DNA of 64,000 bases. It comes from Octopus sinensis. Its lineage: Eukaryota. Under the pieces are notes generated by a model. That model ran no database searches. It worked only from the letters and a program-made list of their open reading frames with translations, and was not told where the DNA came from. Made by a program: the position numbers and the translations under genes. The stretch lies in contig NC_043011.1 in the NCBI RefSeq assembly GCF_006345805.1, forward strand, positions 10,788,001-10,852,000, read 5' to 3'. Below are positions 47,930 to 60,585 of the stretch, piece by piece (the stretch's first letter is position 1; every line of letters starts with the position of its first letter).

Positions 47930-50243
47930 TGGAGTCAAAACTTACACTGTGATTCCCACTGAAATGATGTGGGAACAATCTCAGAGAAGCAGACAAGCAA
48001 AGCAGGGAGGTTTACCACTCCCGGAAACTAAAACATCCGCAGAAAACAAACACATCAACACAAACACACTACCACCAAACCCCCCAACAATGTTGACAGT
48101 CATAAACACCCACAACACCGACCTAATGGAATACATTAGGTCAACCACAAACACAACCGAAAATGATACCAAAACAAAGAATCACCCACGCACGACACCA
48201 CCACAACACATTAAAATCATACACATAACACACACAGCATCCTAAAATCTCTCTACCCTGATGCAGTTGGGAGATTTCAAAAATATTTGTCGAAATAACT
48301 GTAAAAAAACCTTCTGGGAGAAGGCTGTGAGATGAGGAACAAAGAACTTTCGGACAGTAAGTGACTTTCTCTCTCTCTCTTTCTTTTTCATCTTCTTTCG
48401 TGTGTAAAACACAACTTTCAATTGGAATATGCTCAAAATAGGCAGTATAAATGTGCGTAGCTTGGTGTCGCCTTGGAAACAAGGCTACCTGTTAAACGAC
48501 ATCAAGACACAAAATCTGCATATCATGGCCATCAGTGAGACCAGACTCCACAGCCTGCAGGCACTCCAGCACATGTTCGGCACACATTTCGACATTTATT
48601 TTTCTCCGTGTCTACCGAGAATAGGCAGAGGTGGCACTGCGGTGCTTCTCCGGAAGAGTCTGGACTTCAAAGTAAGAGCAATTTTCCTAGACCTGGAGGG
48701 TAGTCCTGGATGTCGATGGCAGCAATGACTGTGCTTTTCGACTGATAACAGTTTATGCACCGTCCTTAACAGGCCAGCCAGATTTCTTTCGACGTCTAGA
48801 GGTTTTCCTGGGTACGTCTCGACCTTTACTTTTAGTGGGGGATTGGAATGCCACCCTGGACACACATCTAGACTACGTGGGCAGAGGTAGTAATAGGAGG
48901 GGATGCAAATGCCTCAAAGACCTGCTCAGACGTTTCCAACTATCTGACAGGTACCGACTGGACCACCCGAATGTGCCAATGTGGACATGGAGCAACCGCA
49001 TCGGGTCGTCCAGATTGTACTTAGAGTATTCTGTAGGACAGTAGATAAAGATAGTGTAGGTTGTCCACAATTCCATATAGTCAGTTACACAGACCACAAA
49101 TTTGTGACTTGTACACTTGACTTAGATAAGACACAGAGGCAGGGTCCTGGTTACTGGAAGCTGAACGCGTCTTTCACGGCACACCAGGCTTACAGGGACC
49201 GGATTAGCACATCAGTAAAGAGAGCTTTGACGGGTGCCATAATCAACAACAGATGGTGGTATGTTCTAAAGAAAGCAATTAAAGCAGAATCGGTTAGGTA
49301 CAGCATGGCCCTAGCATTAGACCGAAATAGAATAGAGGGAGACTTAGTTAAGAATTTAGAAGAGGCACTTAGAACTGGCATCGCGTCCAACGTACTGGCA
49401 GCGAGGTTGGCCCTCGACCAACACCTCAACGCCAAACACGAAGGATGCGTTGTCAGAGCTAGGATGCGTGCTCTGAGGAACGAAGGAGTTGAAGCCGTCC
49501 GAGGGGCCCAAGTGGTGGAGACGCAACAAAGCAACAGAGCCACCATCAGGTCACTTACAGATGAACAGAGGCGCGAATTACTTGAGCCTGAAGGGATGTG
49601 TGAGGCTTTTCAACAACACTTTGCCCGACGGTTTGGGGCAACTGGTGGGGCTGAACGCAGAGTGGACTTTAGTGCCTACCTGCATGGCCTGTCACGACTC
49701 TCAGCAAGAGAGGCGGAGTGTTGTGAAAAACCCATCACAGCCGCGGACGTACGTGATGCGATGGCAGGTTGCATGAGAGACAAGTCACCAGGCTTGGATT
49801 GTCTGCCCTACGAACTTTATTGTTGTATGCCAGACTTGTTTGGAGGCATCTTGGCAGCTGTTTACTGCAACTGGCAGCAAAACGGGAGTATCCCCGCCTT
49901 TGTAAAGCAAGGAACAGTGGCACTGCTAAAGAAAGATCCAAACAAGGAGGACGTCATAGATAATTTCAGGCCCATCACTCTGCTTTTTTGAACATTTTGG
50001 CCAAGGTTTTAGCCGAGAGGTTGGCGCTTGTCATCGAGAAACTAGTCGACAAGGCGCAAACATGCGCCGTGCCAGGTAGGAGTATCCATGACAACCTCCA
50101 TCTGATGCGCTACATCATAGACAGGGTAGTTAAGGATCCTGGCATTGGTGGGGCGCTGATCAATTTGGATCAATCAAAAGCCTTCGATAGGGTAGACCAT
50201 TACTACTTGGAGGCTGTCCTTAAAGTGGCTGGTTTCGGTCCCA
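47930..50243 (+). mobile_element. Tx1/L1-clade LINE internal fragment (ORF1 end, APE, RT N-half), frameshifted
   Basis: LKIGSINVRSL..AISETR, GDWNA, TDHK, PGYWKLN, KSPGLD, NFRPITLL, LDQSKAFDRVDH. Confidence 0.9.
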
Positions 50244-50265
50244 TCCATGATATTTGTGCCATGTG

Positions 50266-50458
50266 GTGAAAGTTGGAGGACATGGTGTTATTGTAGAAGT
50301 GGATGAATCCAAGTTCATACACAGGAAATACCAATGTGGTCATTATCGTCAAGGCTACTAGGTTCTTGGAATGATAGAATCCAGCAGTTTAGGATGTATC
50401 TTTAGTTCCAGTCCCGGACAGAAGTTCTGCTACATTATTACTAATAATTAACAGACAT
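50266..50458 (+). mobile_element. Merlin (IS1016/ISXO2-like) transposase fragment
   Basis: KVGGHGVIVEVDESKFIHRKY..G..*VLGMIE..LVPVPDRSSATLLLII matches Merlin VEIDES..RKY..WVFG..VxDRxxxTL. Confidence 0.75.
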
Positions 50459-50490
50459 GCTGCCTGCCTGCCTGCCTGGATGTATGGATG

Positions 50491-51446
50491 TGTTTCTTTA
50501 TTAGCAACACAGGGCTGCACACAGATGGGACAGATTACAAAATAGAGCTTTTCTTTTTTGGGAGGGGGGAAAAGGAGGGGGGAAGGAGAAGGGGGAAAAG
50601 GAGGGGGTAGGTTTTCGATCAAAAGGGAAAGAAGAAAAAAAGAAAAGAAAAAAAGGAAAACAAACAAAAGAAAAGAAAAAAACGATCAATAGGGATCGTG
50701 TATCACAGTGTCATGATGTAAGGTGTAAAGGGGGAAGCAGATAAGGTTTATCCATGGGAAGAAAAACCTACGGAAAAGACCACGGTAACTTCGGTCAATA
50801 TTGTTACATGTTACCACATTTGTTTGCAAGTAGGTAACCCTCTGTTTTAAATTTCCGGGTTCATAGAATTATGCTCAAGGTGGCTTCGTCATTCATACAT
50901 GCCATCCTTGCTACATTCACCCATCTTTTTTTAAAACATTCGCTAGACAAAACTTGCCTCTCTACTCTCACTTTCCTTTTCAAGTGATACTTGAAGAAGT
51001 TGATGAGAGATTGACCAGAGAGGAAAGTGTTTGTCTCCAATCCTTTCAGACACATCCACCAGATACATTCTTTCACCATAGCCACAAGGATGATAAAAAT
51101 AGCTCTTCCTTCCCGTTCGAAGGAAGGAGACATGACGATATTGACGATAGACTCTGCTGATAAACTGACTTGTACCACATGTGACAGCAGTTGTTCGACA
51201 TAAGCCCACAGGTCGGAAATTGTTGGACACTGCACGAGTGCGTGTAGAATGGTTTCGGCGCTCTGACCGCATCTCAGGCAGGTCGGCCCCGTGTATCTCG
51301 AGCCGTGTCTGTAGAGCTTATCCCGAACGGGTAGCGCTTCTCGGTAGCACTGCCAGGCCAGGGATCTCTGGAAGTTGTCCATGGGCTATGGCCCGAAAGT
51401 CGTCCTGAACAGGCGGGTCAGGTATTCCTCGTCGACGTCCAGGTTC

Positions 51447-51447
<1 letters not shown>
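50491..51447 (-). mobile_element. 5'-truncated Tx1-type LINE (zf-RVT C-terminus + 3' UTR)
   Basis: ORF 50861-51382 ALPVRDKL..CLRCGQSAETILHALVQC; AATAAA at the 3' end; (GATA)n at the 5' junction. Confidence 0.9.
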
Positions 51448-51479
<32 letters not shown>

Positions 51480-51480
<1 letters not shown>

Positions 51481-54400
51481 GTTTTTATTATGGCCACACA
51501 GGGATAAACACAGAAAATAGACGAAATACAATGTTTTTCTTTTCAAGGTGGGATGGGAGGGACACATAAAAGAAAAAGTCCAATCAATAGGGATCGTTGA
51601 GCTGTGTTATGTACAAAAAAGGAAAGACATATATATATAAAGTTCCAAAAAAAGTGGCGGGGAAACGATATTGTTTACAGTTTAGGTGTAGCCTTGGAAA
51701 GAAAAACCCCTAAAAAAAAAGACCTCAGGCAGTTCAAAATGTCCGTAAGAGTAAGAAACTTTCCTCTCGTTTTCTCTTTTTGTTATAGATTTATGCTTAA
51801 AATGTTGTCGTCTTTCATACTGACCATTCTTGCCACATTAACCCATTTTTTATTGAAACTTTCATTCGACAATACTTTCCTCTCTATTCTCATCCTCCTT
51901 TTCAAGTGTTACTTGAAAAAGTTGACGAGAGACTGATCATAGAGGAAAGTATTTGTTTGTAGGCCTTCCAAACACGTCCACCACACGCATTCTTTCGCCA
52001 TAGCTATCAGTGTTACAAAAAACGTTTTCCCTTCCTGTTTAAAAGAAGGTGGCAGAACAATATTCACGATAGACTCGGCTGATTAGTGGGCCCGTCACCC
52101 ACGCGATACCAGCTGTTCGACGAAGGTTCACAGCTCTGAAATATCTGGACACTGCATGCGTGCATGCAGAACGGCATCTCGGGCAGGTCGAACCGTGTCT
52201 GCAGCTCTTCTCTCGAACTGGTAGTGCATCTCGAAAGCATTGCCAAGCCAGGAATCTTTGGAAGTTATCCATAGGCCCTGGCCCGAACAGGCGGGTTAGG
52301 AATTTTTCGTCGATGCCCAGATTTTCCCCGAGTGTGTCGTCGGACCTCCCCTCCACTAGACCTCTATAGAACGCGTTGGTCATTTGGAAGTTGCACAAGA
52401 TTGATCCCGGGCGGCAGAGCTGCTGTAGAGCTTGGCGACACTCTCAGTGCCAATCGCCCAGTTTCGGTCTCTTTCTGATCCATGTTTGCAGTTCGGTCAG
52501 TGAGACAAGCTGCGGGAAGGCGTGCCTCACAAATGGCACCCACACCTGTTCACCGTCGTCGATGAAGTTCCAGAGATGCCGCAGTCTCAGCGCATCATTA
52601 AACACGGCATGCCCAGTCCTCCATTTAACGGATGTTGACAGCAAATGGATCGCCTCATCATCAGAATGCCACCCTTCCACAGGAAGTGGAAGAGCATGCG
52701 TTCTTATTTCTAGATGGTTCCATTGGAACAAGGCACGACGGTCAGGCGGTAATCGATGATTGATGCAATATACGCATTAGCCACCTCCGCCTGACCTTTT
52801 AGAGACAGCTTTCTCTCGGCCCATGTTTGGCTGAGAGCGACCACTCTACTCGTGATCTCGTCCCAGTTCTTATCCATTTGGAGGTCCAGACTGAACCAGA
52901 CCCCGAGCAATTTAACCGGTCCGTCCGTCCATCGTCCCACTGCTGAGTCACTGTTGGGCGATATGGGCTTGCTTCTCCAGGTGCCGAGTAGCAAACCCAC
53001 TGACATTTTCGGGTTAATTTTCGCTCCCGTCACCGTTTCGTATTCTTTTAGTGTCTCGCCTAACATCTCAATGTGCTTTTCGCGCAACACTATGACGGTG
53101 ACATCATCCGCATATGCCGACACGCTCGTTCCGCAACCCAGTTCCCATGGGATGCCCCTCAGTGTCACCAGCTTCAGCAGTAGCAGCTTGAGAGTCAATA
53201 CACACAGAAGCGCAGATAGGGGATGTCCCTGATGGACCGAACGCGTGATGTCAAACGGTTTCGACAGCTGACCGTTGACCTGAATTACCGATCGGATGCC
53301 GCTATACAAGGCAGCGATCCAACCGCAGAAGACGGGACCGAAGCTAGCCGCCCTGTACCGATGGTCGATCCTATCAAAAGCTTTAGACTGATCCAAATTG
53401 ATCAGTGCCCCACCCATGCCAGAACTTTAACTACTCTGTCCACGATGTAGCGCATCAGATGGAGGTTGTCATGGATGGTTCTGCCTGGCACGGCGCATGT
53501 TTGCGCCTTGTTGACCAGTTTCTCGATGACAAGCGCCAACCTCTCAGCTATTACTTTGGCCAAAATTTTCAAATCTGCGTTGAGCAGAGTGATGGGCCTG
53601 AAATTATCTATAAAATTCCCCTTGTTTGGGTCTTTCTTCAGCAACGTCACTGCACCTCGGCTCACGAAACCAGGGATTCTCCCGTTATGTTGCCAGTTGC
53701 AGTAGACGGATGCCAAGAGGTCGCCAAACAAGTCTGACATTAGACCATCCAAACCTGGTGACTTATCCCTCGCACAGCCTGCCATCACATCCCATACATC
53801 GGCAGCTGTGATGGGTCTCTCACAACACTGCTTCTCTTGCCGAGAGCCGCGGCAGGCCTGTCAGGTAGGCACTGAAGTCCATCCTGCGTTCCGACCCACC
53901 ACTCGCACCAAACAGTCGAGCAAAGTGCTGTTGAATAGCCTCACACATCCTTTCAGGTTCAAGTAAATTGCATCCCTGTTGATCTATTAGAGACCGAATG
54001 GTGGCTCTGTTGCCACGTTGCGCCTCCGCTACCCGGGCCTCTCGCGCAGCTTCGATCCCTTCGTTCCTCAAGGCACGCATTTTAGCTCTGACGACGCAAC
54101 CTTCGTGTTTGGCGTTGAGGTGTTGGTCAAGGGCCATCCTCGCAGCCAGCACGTTGGTTGCACTGCCAGTTGTAAGTGCCTCTTCTAGTTTCTTAACTAA
54201 GTCTCCCTCTACACTATTTTGATCTATCGCTAATTCCTTGCTAAACCTAATTGATTCCGATTTGATTGCCATTTTCAGGGCAAACCACCAGCAGTTGTTA
54301 ACGATGGCTCCCGTTAATGTCCTCTTATTAACTTGTTAATCCGGTTCCTGTAAACCTGCTGTGCTAAGAGCGACGTGTTCAGTTTCCAGTAACCGGGACT

Positions 54401-57224
54401 CTGCCTATGTGTCTTATCTAAGTCGAGCGTACACGTCACAAATTTGTGATCTGTATAGCTGACTATTTTAAATTGTGGACATCCTACACTATCCTTATCC
54501 TCTGTCCTGCATAGAACTCTAGATACGATCTCGACAATCCGACGCGGTTTGTCCAAGTCCACGTTAGCACATTTGGATGGTCGAGTTGGAACCTGTCAGA
54601 CAAATGGAAACATCTGAGTAGGTCTTTGAAGCACTTACATCCCCTTCTCTTACAATCCATTCCCACATACTCTAGATGTGTGTCCAAGGTAGCGTTCCAA
54701 TCCTCTACTAACAATAAAGGTCGAGACGTTCCCAGGAAAACCTCTAGACGTCTGAAGAAATTCGCCCGACCCGTTAAGGACGGTGCATACACTGCCATCA
54801 GATGGAATGCACACCCATTTCTGCCATCCACGTCCAAGACAACCAGCCTACCCTCCGGGTCTAGGAATATTGATCTTACTTTTACATTTAAACTCTTTCG
54901 AAAAAGCACCGTGGTACCTCCACCACCCATGTTCGGCAGACAGGGAGAAAAATAAATGTCGAATTGATCGCCAAACATGGACGCGAGGGCCCGCGGCTTG
55001 CTGAGTCTGGTTTCACTGATAGCTACTATATCCACATTCAGTGACTTGATATCATTTAGAAGGTATCCTTGCTTCCAAGCCGACGCCAAGCCATGCACAT
55101 TCACACAACCTACTTTAAGCATAATGGATGGTCGAAAATTTGTGTTTCACACACAACAGTGAAAGAGACGAGAGGGAAGGTTACTTACTTGTTTAGAAAG
55201 TTTGAGTAGTTTCCTCCTCTTTGGGGATGTCTTAAAAAGTTTTTTTAATAAATACTTCTGGTATCCCCCGACTACATTTGGAAAGAGGGTTTTGAGTGTG
55301 TGGTGCTGCATTTGTGTGACGTGTACTATTTTTATGTGTGTCGGTGGTGTTGTGCGTGGATGGTTATTCAGTTTATAGTCATCTTCACAAATGCTTGTGT
55401 TAGATTCGATGTGGTTCATTAGTTTTGTATTTTCTGTGTCTATTGCTGTTAGTTGTTTGCGTGTTTTTGCAAAGTAAGGGACTGTCAGGAGTTATATATC
55501 TCCCTGCTTTACCTGCATTTGCTTGTTTCGTGGTTTTTTGGGGTCTTTTCCTTTTACCCTCTGTGGCTATTTGCCATTCTGTTGAACTTTCTTCGTTAGA
55601 CGAAAAGTCTGATGAATCAGAAGCGTTTGCATCTATATGTGTGTTTGTAGAAGGTGTTGTTGTTTTGTGTGATGTTTGTGTTGTTGGTGTATTAGGGGCA
55701 GAATTTGTCTTTTCGTCATTGTTATTTGTTTTCTTGGTTGTTGTTCTTGGTGCTGGTGTTGGTGTTGTTTCTCTAGTTGGTTGCGATGTCGAAGGTAATT
55801 GTGATGGTATTGTTTCTCTTCTTGGTGATGTGGTTGGTGAGGGTGAAACAGTTTTTGCATCGTCTGCTGTTTTTCCTGTCTTTTGCGTTGAAGGTGGTGT
55901 GGGTAGTAGAGGTTTTCTTCCAGGTTTTGGGAGTGGTTAATGTTGCCTATTTCTGGCAGCAGTTGGGCAATCATATCTGAGGTGTGCCTCAGTGTTGCAC
56001 AAATAGCATCTTGGCCTCCTGTCCTCCACCACTACATACAATTTATGGTCTTTTGTCAGTTGAACACTGGTTGGTAAATTATTTATTGCTTCTTGGGAGA
56101 TTTGAAGCAATATTTCAAGGTTTTTACCAGTCCAGCTTTCCTCTGGAATGTCGGCGATTTCTAAAATATCTGCTTCTTCTATATCAAAGCAGATGGCCAA
56201 TACCAGCCACTGGGTATCCAATTCTGGAGGCACATTGTTTATTGTTATGTTCGTTACTCTGCGCCCAAGATAGCTAGGTACCATTGTTACCTGGTCTGTG
56301 CGCAGAGTAAACGTCAAAAACTTCTTTGCTAGTTCTTCCATATGGTAGCAAATTTAACACCCCCAATTCACATAATTTCGGAACTTCCACACAGAAGCGA
56401 GGCACTTCTCAATCTTTTCTGTAGCTGGGCTTTCTGGTTTCTTTGTTTTGGTGTTGAGTATTTCGTAGATGATGGTCTTCTTTTGTGCTTCTTCCAAAAT
56501 GTTGCGTGGAATATTTAGGTGTATTGTGTCGCCTTCTTTGGTGAGTAAAGATTTTGTCTCCTGTATTTGTTGTGCAGTAAATTTTAAAATTCTCTGTTTC
56601 GGTCATATTGCTTCCGCGAAATTTGTCGTGTTTTTTTGTGGAGGTAGTGGTGGTGTTGGTGGTGATGCCTGTGTCAGTCGTTCATAGTAGTAGTAATAGA
56701 TGGCTGTGAAGTCGGGTTGTTTACCAGTTTTTGTGTGGCGGTGTTGCTTTTCCCCTTTTTCTCCTCCTTCATGAAATTGTGGTGAAGGCAGTATAGGAAA
56801 ATCAACGTCGTAGGCATTGTCAAGGAGGGTGTCAGTGTTGATGGTGGAATTATTGGTGGCGGTGACATTGATTTTGTTGTTGTTGCTGATGCTGATGGCG
56901 GTGGTGGTGTTAGTGTCGTTCAAACTGTCAGGTTCAGCGTTTAGTAGCAGGGAATTTTGCTCTTTTGTTTCGGTGTCACGTTTGACTTGCGGTTTGGCCT
57001 CACAGTGACCAGTAGCCATTTTTGAAAATAAAAATGGCTAAAATAAAACCACAAAGCCTTTGAGAATTTTTTAAAATTTTGACCACAAAGGCTGAAATTT
57101 TGTGTGGATGTTAATGAAAGTATGGATTGGGTGTTGTTGTACACCTTTTAGACATAAAATGTTTGACAATCAACAATTTTAAACGTAGAAAACTACCAAC
57201 TTACTTGGAGCCCATTTGACTTGC
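51480..57224 (-). mobile_element. Near-full-length Tx1-type LINE (5' UTR, ORF1 ~57019-55150, ORF2 55122-51783), multiply frameshifted
   Basis: ORF1 CYLCNTEAHLRYDC knuckle; APE VGCVNVHGL/ISETR/DWNA; RT LDQSKAFD, HQGHPLS, SAYADDVT; C-terminal CPRC; tetranucleotide repeats on both flanks. Confidence 0.92.
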
Positions 57225-57271
57225 GTCCGTCCATCCATCTATCCAGACAGACAGACAGACAGACAGACAGA

Positions 57272-58269
57272 TGCTTCTTTATTAGCCACACAGGGCTGCA
57301 CACAGACGGGACAGATTACAAAGTAGAGCTTTTCTTTTTAGGGAAAAAAAAAAAGGTGGGGTAGGTTTTCGATCAGAAGGGATTTTAAAAGGGAAAGAAG
57401 AAAAAAAGAAACAAAAGAAAAAATAAACGATCAATAGGGATCGTGTATCACAGTGTCATGATGTAAGGTGTAAAGGGGGAAGCAGATAAGGTTTATCCAT
57501 GGGAAGAAAAGCCTATGGAAAAGACCACAGTAACCTCGGTCAATATTGTTACATGTTACCCCATTTTGTTTGCAAGTAGGTAACCCTCTGTTTTAAATTT
57601 CCGGGTTCATAGAATTATGCTCAAGGTGGCTTCGTCATTCATACGTGCCATCCTTGCTACATTCACCCATCTGTTTCTTAAAACATTCGCTAGACAAAAC
57701 TTGCCCCTCTACTCTCACTTTCCTTTTCAAGTGATACTTGAAGAAGTTGATGAGAGATTGACCAGAGAGGAAAGTGTTTGTCTCCAATCCTTTCAGACAC
57801 GTCCACCAGATACATTCTTTCGCCATAGCCACAAGGATGATAAAAATAGCTCTTCCTTCCCGTTCGAAGGAAGGAGACATGACAATATTGACGATAGACT
57901 CTGCTGATAAACTGACCCGCCCCACACGTGACAGCAGTTGTTCGACATAAGCCCACAGGTCGGAAATTGTTGAACAATACACGAGTGCGTGTAGAATGGT
58001 TTCGTCGCTCTGACCGCATCTCGGCCCCGTGTATCTCGAGCCGTGTCTGTAGAGCTTATCCCGAACGGGTAGCGCTTCTCGGTAGCACTGCCAGGCCAGG
58101 GATCTCTGGAAGTTGTCCATGGGCTCTGGCCCGACAGTCGTCCTGAACAGGCGGGTCAGGTATTCTTCGTCGACGCCCAGGTTCGCCCCGAGCTCGTCGT
58201 CGTACCTCCCCTCCACTAATCCCCTTTAGAATGCTTGGGTTGTGTTGAAGTCACTCAAGGTCGACCCAG

Positions 58270-58270
<1 letters not shown>
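57272..58270 (-). mobile_element. 5'-truncated Tx1-type LINE, near-identical to 50491-51447
   Basis: ORF 57635-58216; (GACA)n on the left and (GACA)n(GATA)n on the right. Confidence 0.9.
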
Positions 58271-58339
<69 letters not shown>

Positions 58340-58352
<13 letters not shown>

Positions 58353-58625
58353 CCTTAGGCCCACCAAAGCCTTGTAAGTGGGTTTCGTCCACGGAAACTG
58401 AAAGAGGACTGTCGTATATGTATGTGCCTGTGTTTGTACCCCCACCATCGCTTGACAATCGATGTTGCTGTGTTTGCGCCCCCGTAACTTAGCCGTTTGG
58501 CAAAACACACCGATAGAATAAGTACTAGGCTCACAACGAATAAACCCTTCGATGGATGTATTCGTCTAAAGGCGGTGCTCCAATATGTCCGCAGTCACGT
58601 AAATGAAACGATTAAACAATAAAAG
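58340..58625 (+). mobile_element. Headless copy of the composite SINE
   Basis: GGAAACTGAAAGA..CCACCATCGCTTGACAA..GATAGAATAAGTACTAGGC..GGCGGTGCTCCA body shared with 28295-28675. Confidence 0.65.
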
Positions 58626-59625
58626 AAAGTGTGCCATTTTAATGCCGAGCAGCGCCGTGTATCTCTGCTAGTTTAGATATCTGTCCGAGAACTAAATGTT
58701 GCGCTTATGTGTGTGTGCGTGTGTGTGTGTGTGTGTTGATGAGAGTAATGGAAATAGCAATCATCTTATTCTCCCGTGAACGTAGTACAATTCAATACTT
58801 TGGAAACAACTTTGCATCAGTCTAAATAGGTTTTTCCTTAATTTAGAAGGCTGCTATGTATCTCGTTCTACTTGGTTGCGTCTGGTGTCTTCTGCCTTTC
58901 TATCTCTACTCAGTTCAATTTCTCTTCCAAAGAGAGCAGAGTACTGCAAACATGGTATGTAAAGATAATTTATTTTAATACAATATTTATGCGTACGTTT
59001 TTCTTGCGAGTTCATACTGACCCCGACTTCCACCCCACTTGTACACATACAGTTCCCAATTTTGAAAGTATATTCAAGTTTTTCTTATTTTGGAATTAAG
59101 AAGGGTAAAAATAAAGGTACTTGTACCAAAATAAATTCTCTTCATACAAAACTTCTGTGAGCTATCCTAAGAAGGATTGCCACTTCCTGTGTATGTTTCT
59201 ATTACACACACTCACATACAAAAAAGAAAAGAATAAAGAATGTGAGCGTATGTGAAAGATAACAGGTGTACGTGTCGTGTGCGTGAGTGAATACAAATAC
59301 ATAAAGCTGAACACGCTTGCACACACACACACACGTACACCCATTCGCTTTCATATACACGTACACACACACACATGTATATCCATTCTCTTTCAGACAC
59401 TTTCATATACACACGCGCACGCGCGCCAGTCTCTTTCGGCTTTCACTTTCCAGCTTCGACACCAAAAGTAAATAAAGAAAATTTTTTTCACGGAAACTAA
59501 CGAACAGTTGTAAACTTTAACAGTTCTGAGAACAACAACGAAGGATTACCCATAACTTACAGGAAATGAAATTTTCTACAAATATCTTTCACATTATGTA
59601 AGTTCCAATTATATGGAAATTTAAT

Positions 59626-59830
59626 TCTTTCTAATATAGGCACAATTTTGGGGGAGGGGACTAGTCGATTACATCTACTCCAGTGTTTCCCTGGTACTTA
59701 ATTTATCGACCCCAAAAGGAGGAAAGGCGAAGTCGACCCCGCTGGCATTTGAACTCAGAACGTAAAGGCAGGCGAAATACCGCTGAAGTATTTTGCCCGG
59801 CATGCTAACGATTTTGCCAGCTCGCCGCCT
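59626..59830 (-). mobile_element. tRNA-derived SINE with 19-bp TSD
   Basis: AATTATATGGAAATTTAAT at 59607-59625 and 59831-59849; GGCGGCGAGCTGGCA head, GAGTTCAAAT B box. Confidence 0.9.
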
Positions 59831-60371
59831 AATTATATGGAAATTTAATGTGAAACAAAAAGAACGAGTGAATGGCCACACATGCATGCTGACATACATC
59901 ACAATTTCATCAGTGTCAAGTTTCATTTTATAGACATATATGATGTATGTCAGTGTGTGTGCACCAACCAATTTTCTTTTTCCCCCACCCCACGCCGTAG
60001 CGCATGAAATTCCGGTATAATGAGAATCTAGACATTGTGAAAGGTATTTGCAGAAAATTTGGCATCACTACAGAGGTATACCTCCCTCCCTCGACTTTGT
60101 TGTCTCCTAACTTCCAGAAAACTGAATAGAAAAACAAGTTTTGAAATTTTTTGTCACCCCCTCCCCCATTCCTCACTATCCCACTCCGGACCGATTTTGG
60201 CCAAGTTTTTAAAACTTAAAAACTATGAGAGGAGCTTTTTCGGTAAAAAAAAAAAAAGAAAGAAAAGAAAAAAAAATTGTGTGCGATTCAAGGAAGATTT
60301 GGCTGTTGTTTCTAGCACCTCCCAAGATAACCCTCCGTATTGATGCTTTTGCAATATTTTTCTCCCATTAA

Positions 60372-60585
60372 GGCGGCGATCTGGCAGAAACGTTAGCACG
60401 CCGGGCGAAATACTTAGCGGTATTTCGTCTGTTTTTACGTTCTGAGTTCAAATTCCGCCGAGGTCGACTTTGCCTTTCATCCTTTCGGGGTCGATAAATT
60501 AAGTACTAGTTGTGTACTGGCGTCGATGTAATCGGTTGGCCCCTTTCCCCAAAAAATTTCGGGCCTTGTGCCTAGAGTAGAAACG
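60372..60585 (+). mobile_element. tRNA-derived SINE (same family) with 19-bp TSD
   Basis: AATATTTTTCTCCCATTAA at 60353-60371 and 60586-60604. Confidence 0.9.

Noticed and set aside
50491-58270. Two ~950-bp direct repeats flanking a gag/RT region, resembling an LTR retrotransposon
   Set aside because: The repeats encode a LINE ORF2 C-terminus plus 3' UTR; there are no TG..CA ends, PBS, protease or integrase, and the interior is an APE-RT LINE
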